Notes under the pieces: generated by a model
Told to the model about the DNA's origin: nothing
Seen by the model: only the letters and a program-made list of their open reading frames with translations
Databases searched by the model: none
Translations under genes and position numbers: made by a program
Part shown: one piece after another, positions 1 to 13,213 of the stretch
Layout of the letters: each line of letters begins with the position of its first letter
Numbering within the stretch: the first letter of the stretch is position 1
Source: Octopus sinensis
Taxonomy: Eukaryota
Length of the DNA: 64,000 nt
Assembly (NCBI RefSeq): GCF_006345805.1
Contig: NC_042999.1
Span: 53,258,001-53,322,000, forward strand
Reading direction: 5' to 3'

Positions 1-180
1 CAGGAAGAAAGAGTGAGACAAATTTATGGTGAAAGTGTACAGCAGTGTTCGCCAACTACCGCAGCCGGAGGCATCGCAGAGCTTTAGGTGTTTTCGCTCA
101 CTAAGCACTCACAACGCCCGGTCTGGGAATCGAAGCCGCGATCCTACGACCGCGAGTCTGCTGCCTTAACAACTGGGACG
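1..180 (-). mobile_element. tRNA-derived SINE, family A, cut by window edge
   Basis: Reverse complement reads ccagttgttaaggcagcagactcgcggtcgtaggatcgcggcttcgattcccagaccgggcg (A/B-box-like head); homologous to 19494-19862, 56233-56448 and 57539-57872. Confidence 0.85.
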
Positions 181-825
181 TTTCATCTCCATTTTACACC
201 TATATATAAGCACACATTAACTGAACTACATATTTAGACACCCTCAGATCTCTCTTAATTCATAAATCTTATTACTTTCCTAGCGACCGGCATTAACTCC
301 ATTCAGAAGTCTTATATGTTTTTAAGGACAGCTTTCTGGAGGAGGAGCTGTTCAGCACAGCCCCAGAATCTTTTCTTTCCTCCTGCCTGTTCATCCGTTA
401 TCAAACTACATGTTAGGCAATGGACTTGGAGAATCATATTCAGGCAACTTGTGTACAGTGTGTACTTAAAATTCAAGCACGCTATGGGCGTTTAATCTCG
501 GCCACATTTTCTCCTTATTTTTAAGGAGAAGTCCGTACAACCGGCAATCAGTCTAGTATACATCGCTTTAAGCTCATTGTTCTTATTTTAGCGGTTCATG
601 AAAAATTTCCTGTAGAACGCAGGCTGTTTCTACTACTTGCTTACTACCAGGTCTCTCCAAGGTGATTTTGCATACAGCAGTTTCATAATAACCGTCGGCA
701 AAGTTTCGCTGGTAATGCCATATATTTTTGGAAAGACATACACACAATATTCATTTCGTAGGTCGTTTAACATGCTATATCACTGCTGTGTTCTTTGTTT
801 AAATTGCAGAATCTCCTCACGTATT

Positions 826-985
826 CATGTATGTATGTATGTATGTATGTATGCATGTATGCATGTATGCATGCATGCATGCATGTATGTATGTAAGCAT
901 GCATGCATGTATGTATGTAAGCATGCATGCATGTATGTATGTATGCATGCATGTAAGCATGCATGCATGCATGCATGTATGTATA
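826..985. repeat. (ATGT)n/(ATGC)n compound tetranucleotide microsatellite
   Basis: Direct reading; explains ORFs 637..1008 and 767..1162. Confidence 0.95.
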
Positions 986-1297
986 GGGACGTGAAGTATT
1001 CCAGCTAAAGTAAAATTCTAACAATTTAACAGGACGATTCAACCGAAAATTCGGGATATATAGAAGTACTAATGCATCCATTTTGGAGTTCGAAATATAT
1101 ATGAGAGCACACGTATCCGCGTGTGTGTGTGTGTGTGTGTGTGAGTGCAAACACATACACACCCATCGTTGGATAAAGATCCTGAGAAGTGATAATGAGT
1201 AGTAAACTCGAGTGTAATCGTTTACTTAAACCGGCCCAAAAGTCTTATACTGCAGATGTTACATGCCGAGTAGGTAACACTTTAGATACGATATATT

Positions 1298-1502
1298 CTC
1301 TTTTACTCTTTTACTTGTTTCAGTCATTTGACTGCGGCCATGCTGGAGCACCGCCTTTAGTCGAGCAAATCGACCCCGGGACTTATTCTTTGTAAGCCCA
1401 GTGCTCATTCTATCGGATCCTTTTGCCGAACCACTAAGTGACGGAGACGTAATGCTAGGGGGACAAACACAGACACACAAACATACACACACACACACAC
1501 AC

Positions 1503-1566
<64 letters not shown>

Positions 1567-1729
1567 ATATACGACAGGCTTCTTGCAGTTTCCGTCTACC
1601 AAATCCACTCACAAGGCATTGGTCGGCCCGAGGCTATAGACTCTTGTCCAAGATGCCACGCAGTGGGACTGAACCCGGTACCATGTAGTTGGTAAGCAAG
1701 CTACTTACCACACAGCCACTCCTGCGCCT
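1298..1729 (-). mobile_element. tRNA-derived SINE, family B, near full length, internal (CA)n(TA)n
   Basis: Head aggcgcaggagtggctgtgtggtaagtagcttgcttaccaac...; tail ...cagtcaaatgactgaaacaagtaaaagagtaaaaga; many copies in the window. Confidence 0.9.
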
Positions 1730-2598
1730 ATTATATATATGTATACTTATATGTATTTATGTATATCTGTTTGTAGGTATGTATAACGCACGTAGGAATG
1801 CTTGTATTTATGAATTCACAAACGCAGGTACAAGCAAATATGCATTCAAAGCTAACTCTCATTAAGCTACAACTCGGAGTTTTCTCTTCGTTGCGTTCAC
1901 GGAAATGCTCCTATGCTGATGGAACCTGCTTGAAAAACCAAAGGATTATATTTTGCTTACACGCAGAAAATTGCTTGGCGAAAGTTAATGGCTTCAAATA
2001 TTGACTAATAATAATGAGTGAACAAACACATGATAATAAGAAAACTAAACTTGACATCATTAATATTCATTGCAATTCATAAATATTTCTATAGAGCAAC
2101 AGTTTTGGGTAGGGTGAACATTTCTATAAAATTAATCAGGAAGAATTCAGATGTGAATTCTAAGGGGAATCCTATCAAGGAACCTGCAGTGAACGTATCA
2201 ATGGGAAAACGTATGTTATTCTTTATTATTTATTTAGAAACCATTACACTTTAATATCTTTCACCATTATTGAAGACCATCATATTATATATTGAAATTT
2301 TTCAAATATACATTCAATTATTTATTTTCATTATTAAAGCAACAATAGATCTTAAGTTCTCTTTCATTCTTTTATAAAATTTTATTAAAAAATCCTTATA
2401 TTTTATCCCCGACTTTTACTGATGTCACCGAACGAGGAATCATTATTTCTTATATTCTTCATGGAATGGTTCCTCCATTACTCTCTTTTCTGTATCCATA
2501 ACTGTATGTAAGGACGGGAGCGGGCGCGCGATAGAGTCTACACATGGATACACACACATACATATGTGTGTATGTGTGTATGTATTTATATTTATATA

Positions 2599-2652
<54 letters not shown>

Positions 2653-4046
2653 TGTGTGTGTGTATTTATCCCCGATGAATCTCTGAAATGAGATTACGGC
2701 GCTAAAGAAATAATTATCCAAAATTCTAACTCCTTAATATACAAAATCTATATACCACTGCAAACAATTCTTACATACAAGCATACATACATGCTTACAT
2801 ATAGATAGATAGATAACCTACATAACTGCGTACATGCATATGTATATAATTATCTACACAGTACACGCTTGAATTCTACACTTGGCTAAGCATCCATAAG
2901 TTTAAAGCTTTCTCCCTTGTAATTCATTTTTCTTCCTTTTTATTTTCCATATGAATATATTATTACAATAATTCCTTATACGTTTGATGAGCGTCTGCGT
3001 GCAGAAAAATCCTTCATTTGTAAACGTTTTCATAAGACTCTGTCGTTCTGTACATGATTATGCATGTATCCTCATATGCGCAAGAGCTTATGCATGTCCA
3101 CATATCAAATTTTATACGGTAGCCTGTTGTGTATATCAATATGTAGATTTGCTGCGAACATCCATATATACAACTATGTGTTTGTGTTTGTATAGATTAG
3201 CTTGGTGTCCATAACGGCATCTCTATAAACGCCACAGCGTGTGAATTTGTGTGCTAGTGTGTGGTGTGTGTGTGTGTCTGTGTGTGTGCACACACCCAAG
3301 CATAGATACATTGGTTCATACATACGTACAGGTATGTATATAATACTTGCGTATATACCTGTTCGTGCCTGAATGCGTGTATGGTGGTTATCAAGGTGTG
3401 CGTGAATGTGTGTTTCAGTGAATGAGTGCAGAAGCTCACCCGACCGTGCACGTGTGTTTGTACACACAAATACAGACATTCACAGACGCATGCTTTTGTA
3501 CCTAGCATCTCACCCTTATTCATCCATAATAATTTTTAATGACGCTCACATATGTACATACTGACATATGTTACAGTTCTCTTCTCGCATTTAATTGCAT
3601 ACAGAATTACACATATATGTATGTGCCTTAATAATAATAATGAAGATGACCAACAACAACAACGACAGAAAAATAACTTCTATAAAATGGAATTTAAATT
3701 TCCCTTCAAGATACCTTTTTAAAAACTAAAATCCCTTCAGGGGTCACTAGTCGGACACATAAACGAACATGTTTAGAAACTTCAAAATCACTAATATCGA
3801 CAGTTTTCTGTGAATATTTGATATTTCTCTCCTCCATGGTTATTCGAATATGTAAACATCCCTTTTATTGAAAGTGCACTCCTAAACGTATATCTAACTT
3901 TAGCAATTTTAAAATATGTGCGTCTCTCTGAGTAGATAATCCTTTAATTTCTCGTAATTACTCGAACATGCAACAATCCCTCACTCATATCCAGGAAAAT
4001 TTGTAGCTTTTCCAAACACTTTCCAGAACTAATAAACATAATACAC

Positions 4047-4249
4047 TTTACTTTTACTCTTTTACTTCTTTCAGTAATTTGACTGCGGCCATGCTGGAGC
4101 ACCGCCTTTAGTCGAGCAAATCGATACCAGGACTTATTCTATCGGTCTCTTTTGCCGAACCGCTAAGTGACGGCGACGTAAACACACTAGCATCGGTTGT
4201 CAAGCAATGCTAGGGGAACAAACACAGACACACAAACATACACACAAAC

Positions 4250-4282
<33 letters not shown>

Positions 4283-4448
4283 TACGACGGGCTTCTTTCA
4301 GTTTCCGTCTACCAAATCCACTCACAAGGCATTGGTCGGCCCGAAGCTATAGTAGAAGACACTTGCTCAACGTGCCATGCAGTGGGACTGAACCTGGAAC
4401 CATGTGGTTGGTAAGCAAGCTACTTACCACACTGCCACTCCTGCGCCT
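4047..4448 (-). mobile_element. SINE family B, near full length
   Basis: Colinear with 1298-1729 and 27553-27946. Confidence 0.9.
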
Positions 4449-4454
4449 AATCTT

Positions 4455-5065
4455 AATTTTTTTTATTATTCTTTTATTGGGTTCGGCCAGGGGCTGGGGC
4501 TTGATGTAGCACCGTTCTTCAGTGTTTTGGGGTTTAATTACTGTTTTTGGTGAAGAAGCGTGTTGGTCGAAGCTGTTCTTTGTGCCTCTTGACGCGATGT
4601 CGGCTCATCTGGGATTTCAGATGGAAATTTTGTCCAGCCGATTTTTTAACGTCTCCACATCTACACTTTGGAGATCTTTTAGGTTCCTTGACAGAATGTT
4701 AAACTGCTGTGCTACCTTGAAATCCAAGCTGTTGAGTTGCAATACTGGGTCCTTAACTGAGATGAAAAAGATGGTATCTTTGGTTTTGTTCAGTGTCGTC
4801 CATTTCGGTGGTTGGTATAGCTTTAGTTCCAAAGTTGGGAGCTAGATCTTCCAATATCTTCCATATCTCTATCACTGCATATCTTTCTCGCCTTTTCTCC
4901 AGGAAGTAGAGCTTCAGTACTTGTAGCCTCTTCTAGTACGTCATTGTTCATTTTATAGTTTTGCTCGATTGCCTTCATCTCGACGCTCTGTGGTGACAAC
5001 AGTTGGGAGCAGCAGTCCAGATGGCCGAGGGAAAATGACATCCATAGGAGTAGCAAGTTATTCTT
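4455..5065 (-). mobile_element. CR1-clade LINE 3' end (RT C-terminus), decayed
   Basis: Minus-strand frames give LKLYFLEKRRERYAVIEIWKILEDLAPNFG and QFNILSRNLKDLQSVDVETLKNRLDK, typical CR1 terminal motifs; frameshifted. Confidence 0.75.
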
Positions 5066-5103
5066 ACTTTCGGTTCTGAATGATCTTTCTCTCTCTCTGT
5101 ATG

Positions 5104-5141
<38 letters not shown>

Positions 5142-5144
<3 letters not shown>

Positions 5145-5536
5145 TTATGTATAAAAGTAAGGTTGTGTGCTGTCTGTCTCCTACGATTTAGATTCCTAAC
5201 TACTCCCACATTTTGCGGTGCAGTTTAACCAAAACCGGGTATCTTATAGTCGTGATTCATATCGAGCCCTTCTGGGCATTAGCGCGCGTCTACTATGAGT
5301 CTACGATTAAAAAATAAAATTTACCATCATTTTTTCCCATTTTTAATGCATTTTTGGCATATATAAGGGAAGTAACTCAAAAAATTTATTATTAAATATC
5401 AGAACGTCGAAATCTACAGTAGCACCCCCCCTTTGTGGTTAGCCATATTGAGATGGCTATTATACTTTACATCTCTAAAAATGCTTATATAGTTATTTCC
5501 CTTACAAACCCGAGCAACGCCGGGCGATACAGCTAG
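5142..5536 (+). mobile_element. Non-autonomous Helitron
   Basis: Starts A|TC, ends CTAG|T, with GC hairpin cccgagcaacgccggg just before the end. Confidence 0.8.
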
Positions 5537-5570
<34 letters not shown>

Positions 5571-6080
5571 GTAGAGGTAACACACGAGTAAGTAGATGTT
5601 TAAGGAAAAAAAGAATGAAAATTCAACTCTCTTAAAATTGGGTACATTTTAATTTACCTGCATATAAAAACATTAAAAGTAGAATGTTTCGGTTTTTGAA
5701 AATCTTTATCAAAAATATTTACTAAATTGGAATATATAGAGAGAAACTAGCTATTAATAAAATTAAATTAAAGTTAACATTTATAGTTTTCTGTAGGAGT
5801 GGCTGTAGATATATTAAATATTATAGTTTGTGTACGAAATACAAAATATGTATATATGTATACACGCAAAACGAGAGAAAGCAAAAGGTAGAAATTTTAA
5901 GATGATGAAATTTTAAGTTTAGATATGTCGATATGAATAATAATATGTCCAACTACTGCTAGAAATATCTATAAATTTATAATTAAAAATTCATCAACTG
6001 GATGCCACCAACTTTTGCTTTGTCTCATTTTGCACATGTATATATATGTATGTATGTATATATATATATATATATATATC

Positions 6081-6465
6081 TCTCTCTATATAAACGGCAG
6101 TTTGTCTGTCTGCGTGTCTGTGTGTCTGTTAGGTTGTACCCTCACCCTGACCACGGCTTTCAACCGATTCTGATGAAACTTGACACACACATAGCCCAAT
6201 GTCATAATTCAAAACTAACGCAGCGAAAATTTTGAAAAGTTCCCCCAGTTCTGAAAAAATATCGATAAATTCGACATGGGTCGAGAATCAGAAACACAAA
6301 CCACAGACTGTCGTGGGGACGCAACTCGACCTTTTTAACTCTCAAAAAAAAAAATTTACAATAATTTTTTTTCCATTTTTTTGCTATTTTTTGGCTATAA
6401 CTCTCTAAAAATGCTTTATAGTTATTTCCCTTACAAACCCGAGCAACGCCGGGCGATACTGCTAG
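6081..6465 (+). mobile_element. Non-autonomous Helitron, different body, same 3' end as 5142-5536
   Basis: Ends ...ttatttcccttacaaacccgagcaacgccgggcgatactgctagt; 5' TC lies in a (TC)n run, so the start is approximate. Confidence 0.8.
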
Positions 6466-6686
6466 TATATACTATTTCTAGCATATGGCTGTCCACATAG
6501 TGGTTTTTAGCCCTTAAAATATATACATGTACTAGAATTTTCTCTGATTTTTCAGATTTTTGTATGCTAGGCTACTGGTTTTAAATTGATATAAATTAAA
6601 TTAATATTCAATTTATCTCCCTCATTATTTAAATGTATATATATATATAATATGTATATATATATATAATATGTATATATATATAT

Positions 6687-6769
<83 letters not shown>

Positions 6770-7017
6770 TATTTGAAGTATTTAATATTTTGGATATATT
6801 CAATGTAACTATGCTGTTTATCCGCACAATTGTCTCTATTCCCGCTCAACTTCATCTCTCTTATAGCATTTCTTTACTTTGTGGAATGATTTCCTGTAAA
6901 GACTCCTCAGTTTAAGCCTGAATATTTTGAGCACTACTAAGTCACTTCTATACGGAGAGTCACTGGATCTCATCATCTGTGAATATATATATATATATAT
7001 ATATACATACATATATA

Positions 7018-7069
<52 letters not shown>

Positions 7070-7492
7070 TCATTGCATCATATACCCGAAAAGGATGCGT
7101 ACACTAAAGGCTAGAGCGCTAATGTGTTTCCAAATATATGTTCGGTCATATACGGTTTCGCATCCATAAAGCGCTTAGCGCAATCGACAGCCCATCAGAC
7201 TCTAAGGATGAAGGCCATATACCTCTTCAAACTGTGGAGCTAGAATTAAACAAAGAATAAAATCTCGGATCGGAGAGGATGAGTTATCTCCCTTAGACCA
7301 CTTTATTTGCCGGTCGATATAGGCTACAATGGCGAACGGGGAACTCCTCCCTTGGGCTGCTTTTAGCTCGCAAGGACATTTTCCGGATCTAATCGATTAA
7401 TGGAATAGCGTTTGCAATGAATGCAAGGACTTTAAATCTCATATCGGGAATTTAATTATCTTATCTTGTTATATATAACCCACTAAATAATG

Positions 7493-8128
7493 ATTATAAA
7501 TTGATTCCCTCATCAGATACTCCAAGCCTTCGTCTTCAGGGAAGAATTTTACATTTGTGGTTTTGACAGAAAGGCGATTCATGATGTAATGATTTTGTGG
7601 AGAACTAAGTTCATTAAAACGAGGAGTTGGGAGATATTTAGGTAGAAAGTAGCGGGAGGAGAAAATAAAATCCATGGTTAGAGGTTATTAATGAGGCTAG
7701 TAGGGAATCATAATAGTAGAGGCGGTAAGTGGGAGGAAGAGGGGAGGGTGGTTTAGGTAGTATGCGAATGGTAACCTTTGTATTAGTTTGTATGAAGGCT
7801 ACCTCATCCTTTAAATTTATAGCCTTCATACAAACTAACACAAAAGTTACCATTCACAAAGTATCTAAACCACCATCCCTTCTTCTCCCCACTTACCACC
7901 TATACTACTATGATACCCTACTAGCCTGATTAATAACCCCTAACCATGAAATTATTTTCTCCTCCCACTACTTTCTATCTAAATATCTCCTAACTCCTCC
8001 TTTTAATAAACTTAGACTCCACGAAATCATTGCATCTCTAACCTCCTTTTTGTCAAAAACCTCAAATGTAAGATACTTTATTTGAAGACGGAGTCTTGGA
8101 ATAGCGGATGATGTAATCAATTTACAAC
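7493..8128. repeat. Long imperfect inverted repeat (about 310-bp arms, 18-nt loop at 7802-7819)
   Basis: gtttgtatgaaggcta / tagccttcatacaaac at the tip; homology continues to aaattgatt / aatcaattt at the base. Confidence 0.9.
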
Positions 8129-8527
8129 TATTTCGAACCACCAATCCCCCAGAAACAGCTTTTGGACTCTTAAAACTCTTATTGAATCCGTTTATTTCTG
8201 ATATCATTTCTATTCTGTGTTTTAAGTCGTACTATTTTATATGTAAACATATTTACATTTTTTATTAAATGTATTTAATATTTTTTGTATATCTTGCCTG
8301 ACTTACTTATCCTTACATTTACTCCTATACATATATACATATGGTCTCAGTATATATCCCGATACTATGAACCATTCGTCTACGTAGATTGTTTTTTTTT
8401 TCTTATTGAAACCAGCAGGTGCTGGCCTTCCACACACAAACGCATGCACCACGAATGATTTTACGTGGTAGTCAATTTGCGTTCGCAGGTTACCATAGAA
8501 ACGTTGATGTAATACCAGTAAAAGGAA

Positions 8528-8705
8528 ATAGATTGATAATAATAACAATAATAATAATAATAACAATAACAATGATAATAATAATGAATAATACAAACTA
8601 GAATAACAATAAAAATAAAACAGCTCCACCAACACACCACAACAGCAACAATAATAATCATAATAATCATAATAATAGTAATAACAACAACAACAACAAC
8701 AACAC
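8528..8705. repeat. (AAT)n/(AAC)n microsatellite
   Basis: Direct reading. Confidence 0.9.
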
Positions 8706-9541
8706 CAAAATTCATAGCCGTTTATTGATAGTTTTGAATTTTTGAACCAAACCTTCGTTTTAAAAAAATCCTAAACTACTTTAAACATCTTCAATTTACT
8801 TCGTTTCTTAGATCTTGCTTCCATTTTCATTCCACCGTTTCTTAGATGTTTTCCGTTCCTTACATTTTGTCCTTTATCTTGTTTTACTGTTGTATTTGTA
8901 GAGCTTCTGCTGAAGATCTCATGCCTCTAGCTCGTCACAATACTGTGTCTCCCCCTCCGTCGCTTCCTATATTATTCTCGCCGTTAATACTACTGCAAGG
9001 ACCACGTCCACCAACATCCACCACCACAATGTATTACATGAGAACATGAACTCCCTTAATCGGTCTTTAGAATATTTCTCAGTTTGCACTTTATATTAAC
9101 ATATTGTCCCCAAAAAGCTAGATGGTCATGGTGGAAAATATGTACTTTTTCCTCCACATGGTTGTCTGGGTTCAACCTCCATCATGACACCGGTAATACG
9201 ACACCAAGAGTTCCAACACTACCGTCCCCAGCTCCATCCACATTCTTAGCATTCATCATCATCATTATCATAATCAGCGTCACTATCTGTAGCAGCAGTA
9301 GCATCGCTGCTGCCGCTTCCCCATCTCCATCGTCGTACTCCTCGTTGTCGTCATTTCGTCGTCGTCATTTTCGTCGTCACCACCATCACCAGTATTGCCA
9401 TTCTTTTCATCATATCAACATCTTAACAATTGTCATTTCATCACCTTTACCTGTCCTCCTGCTTATGGTTCCACTATTCAACCTCTCCCTTCCCCTTTCT
9501 CTGTTCCACTTCCACTCTCTCTTATAACAAAATTCTGCATA

Positions 9542-9688
9542 TTTCACTTGGCTCCGTTCTTATTCCTGTCCTCCACTTAAATCCAGAACACTGGCCTCTC
9601 TCAGGTAACTACTGCATCTTTCATTTGGCTCCGTTCTTATTCCTGTCCTCCACTTAAATCCAGAACACTGACCTCTCTCAGGTAACTA
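9542..9688. repeat. 77-bp tandem duplication (2 copies)
   Basis: gctccgttcttattcctgtcctccacttaaatccagaacactg at 9551 and 9628. Confidence 0.9.
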
Positions 9689-10224
9689 TTTCCTACAGGG
9701 AGCGCTACGATAGTAGACTCAGTAAGAAGTATCATCTCTATGATCCTTTATGTTTTCAGGTGAGATCCTACCGTAACACATTAATAATTCCCTCTCGATA
9801 ATTAAAAAAAAATATGCACCTGTCATATCCGTGTTCCCAGAGTAAATATATTTCCATCTTTATATTGTTTTAGATTTCTGTAGCCAGAGTTCAAATCTCA
9901 CAAGGGTCGAATTTTCTGTTAAACCCTTTGGAGAGGACAAAAATGCCCGTCCAATATCGTGATTTGTTGCAATAGTTACAGCTTTCGGATATTTCGGTTC
10001 TGTCGTTATTATCCTTCGGATGGGGACTACAAATTCTCCCCTGTTTAACACCACCATGGATGGTTGCCCTTAGTGGGGTGAAGTGAAGTGGCGCAAGCAT
10101 TCAAACAAAGTCTTCAAATTCAGAAAAAAAACATATCTGAACTCACTTATTGTGCACCTTGATGAAAAGGGTCAAGAATGCTGCCCATTACTCTTTGAAC
10201 AAGCACTAAAGACAATTAGTTTGT

Positions 10225-10465
10225 CTTCCTCTATCCTTCTCTCACTCCCCCTCCCTCTCTCTCTCTCTTTCTGTCGCTCTTCCTCCACTTTCTCATCACC
10301 ATCCCATCCTTCTCTTCCATCTCTCTCTCTCTCCCCATCTCCCTATCTCCCTCTCTCTCTCTTATCTTGCTTTCTACCGCCTTCACTTGCTCTCTAACTC
10401 TTTCTTTCACTGCCTCTCTCTATTTTTCTCTCATTCTCTTTTTCTCCTTCACCTCTCTCCCTCTC
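10225..10465. repeat. CT-rich low-complexity tract
   Basis: Direct reading. Confidence 0.9.
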
Positions 10466-11654
10466 CCTTCCTTCTACATTTTGTACACTTATAATACTAT
10501 GAACCACAAACTATCAATCACTTTATACGTATTGAGGAAAAAGTGCAATAGCTGCCCACTTAATTCAAACTGAGATTAATCTTGTGATAATTTTTAATAA
10601 GACGTTATGCTCTGCATGTTTCACTGTTTGCAGAATATCTACTGTAACACATATAAAAGTTTCTCATGCTTCATCGTGTTTTTTACAATCCTGAACCTTC
10701 ATTCAAATCCATAAATCTGTAGGTATGATTACTTCCTTAAGCGATAATTTTCTCTAGCGCATTTCCTCATTACACTTTAGGAAGTAATTAAGAACAATAA
10801 TTAAAAAAATAACTGAAACTATATTTAGAATCCAGCGGAAATTTTACTGAAGCTCTCAATTATCAATAAATCCACTGCAAGATTAACCGCTGCTGAATGA
10901 AAATAAAACGACACGGTGGCGGCAACAGCCATGAATAAATCACTTTATCCATAATATAGTGTCGCATTTTGCTCGTTATGAAATGTCGCTGTGTATCCAG
11001 CAGTGGAGTATCCTTAAAGTCAGTTCTACTTGATTTATTACCAAGAACACGCTTACTATAGGGTTTCAGCTTAATATATAGGTAGCACAGAGAAATATTA
11101 AATAAACGGTCCGATCTATTTTTTCACGTCATGCGATAGGTGTGTGTGTGTGTGTGTGTGTGTATACACTCACTCGTAAATGTCGAACGAGGACATGAGT
11201 GATCAATAACGCATTGGTGGTTATGCAATTTCTTTATTTGTGAATTAAGGCTACCATTGGTTTCATGTTAAGAAAAGTAGGAAAAAATCCTAGTGTCTTA
11301 ACAATTTTTCAAACTGATCACATGGAAAAAGGTGTTCGCTTCCATTTTGGAAAACTGTCTCACTCGTTCATGGGATTTCTAGTAAATTCGCGTAAATTAA
11401 ACAATGAATCAACGAATCAAAGTACGTTACTTTTGAGTAGCATTGTTCAGATGGGGTTTTTTTCCATTGGATTTGTGTTTTGGGTACATTTTTGTGATTA
11501 ATTTGTTTGCATTATTTTGCGCGTGGTGCTCTACTTGTATGCTAAGATAGTTCGTCGTCTGGGCATATGTCTGCTTTGTGTGTTCACGTTTAGGAAAGGG
11601 GTTATCCTGGTTGGGTTACTCTCCTTTATAAGGACGCTTCTTTGAAATATTTTA

Positions 11655-11790
11655 ACGTTTGTTCCTGAGCTGTGCATATGAGTGCTTCTGTCTCTATCTT
11701 TAGGTCACTCGTCTTCCTCCATAGCCACTGGTCCTCAGTATTCGTCTTGGCGTTCACATCTATTGCAAACCTTCCATCATATCCAGCAAA
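11655..11790 (-). mobile_element. R4/Dong LINE fragment
   Basis: Minus frame: NTEDQWLWRKTSDLKIETEALICTAQEQTL, the post-RT motif of R4/Dong elements. Confidence 0.7.
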
Positions 11791-12094
11791 ATAAGCTGTT
11801 AGTTTTCATATAGCAATAATAATAATAATATTGGTTGTTTATTCAAGGAGAGAAGATTTCATACGCAATAAAGACGGACATGATATGGATAGAATAAGGA
11901 AAACAAATAATCGATACAAATATATATCCAACGATTTGTTTCGATTCACATCCACTAGTGAATTTACAATATTTCACATTTACGTATATGAATCTTGTTA
12001 GGGTAATGTTTGTCTAAAAAATAGACAAAACTTTCATACAAGCACTGCTAAGTCATAAAATAGACCTCCACTGATAAAAATGTACTTGTAAATA

Positions 12095-12326
12095 TAAGGA
12101 TCTTGAATTTGAAATACAAATATAAGGACCTTGAAAATGAAATACAAAAGATGTGGCATCTTAAAGCGAGATCTGTTTCTTTTATTGTGGGTGTCCTAGA
12201 TATGGTAAAAAAGGGATCTCATGAACATCTAGGAAATATCTCGGAAGAAAGATGCCTCAAAGAAATCCAAAAGATTGTGCTGATAAGTACTGCCCATATC
12301 ATTAGAAAAACGCTATCAATTTAAAT
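12095..12326 (+). mobile_element. R4/Dong LINE C-terminus (restriction-like endonuclease end)
   Basis: ORF 12103..12324 KYKDLENEIQKMWHLK...IQKIVLISTAHIIRKTLSI. Confidence 0.8.
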
Positions 12327-12454
12327 GCCTGTGTTGCCCTCCCCAAGTTTTCAGTAATATTCTAACGTCTCTTATCCTTCACTCGCCCGAGGACGCTAAA
12401 TGTGTCTAGGCAAGAGATTGTAACAAACATGCAAATTAAAATAATGATAATTAT

Positions 12455-12595
12455 AATAATATGTGGAAATGGACAAGAAACATTATGTCATATTGTCTCT
12501 GGCTGCCCAATATAGGCTAAGAAGGAATATATTCACAGACACGACAGAGTTGGGACATATATGCGCTGGAAGCTATGCCAACGTTGCATAAGGGC
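12455..12595 (+). mobile_element. R4/Dong LINE fragment (CCHC end, RHD motif)
   Basis: ETLCHIVSGCPI*AKKEYIHRHDRVGTYMRWKLC. Confidence 0.75.
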
Positions 12596-13130
12596 ATGCA
12601 ACATCAACTATAGAGCACATCTGGTGCATCTTGTCGACCACCATAAGTTCCAGTCCGTTATGCTTTTGCACCTGATCTGTTTGGATTGGGAAATCCCAGA
12701 GGAACTTGCTAGTCTCCGACTCCGCCACTTTCCATGGTTTGTACTCATACCACGTCTTACATATCTCTAGTTCCCACTGGTCGCACAGTTTTCAATGTAG
12801 TACTTTGCCTACCTGATCATGTCGCCATAATTTGTAGTGGCTTAGGGTAATTTTAGGGCATTCGTTTGCCATATGAGCAATGTTTTCATCCCTCTATTAC
12901 AGATGTGGAACAGCAGAGACACTTGCTCATTACAAAGGTTGAGCCTCCATCCTGTGGCCAGAGCTCGGTCTTCGGCTACCAGTACAGTGCTCTCGGTTTC
13001 TTTTTTAGTGTTCCTTAGTTCAGCCAATCCCACCTAGCTTTTCCTGTAACTTCTGTTATGGCTACATATACTTGATTATGTAGTACCTTGTTGCGTAATT
13101 CTCCTTCGTATTCTTTTTGTACTTTTTCCT
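12596..13130 (-). mobile_element. R4/Dong LINE fragment abutting the previous one in opposite orientation
   Basis: Minus frames: LKKETESTVLVAEDRAL, RHDQVGKVLH*KLC, FLWDFPIQTD, SIVDVACP. Confidence 0.75.
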
Positions 13131-13213
13131 TCGTTTTACCTTTTTTCTCTGCTCGCAATATTTCCTCATTCCTAACTGTGACACTAACAAGGTCTCCTTA
13201 TTTTGGGCTAGGT

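Noticed and set aside
637-1162. 123-aa and 131-aa ORFs
   Set aside because: Translations of (ATGT/ATGC)n and (GT)n microsatellites.
2095-2210. Plus-strand exon-like segment (ATVLGRVNISIKLIRKNSDVNSKGNPIKEPAVNVSMGK, tag|...|gtatgt)
   Set aside because: Weak acceptor, no recognisable homology and no partner exons; kept only as a note.
10800-10895. Minus-strand acceptor gttttattttcattcag with frame AVNLAVDLLIIESFSKISAGF*
   Set aside because: No convincing donor or polyA signal; expected by chance in AT-rich DNA.
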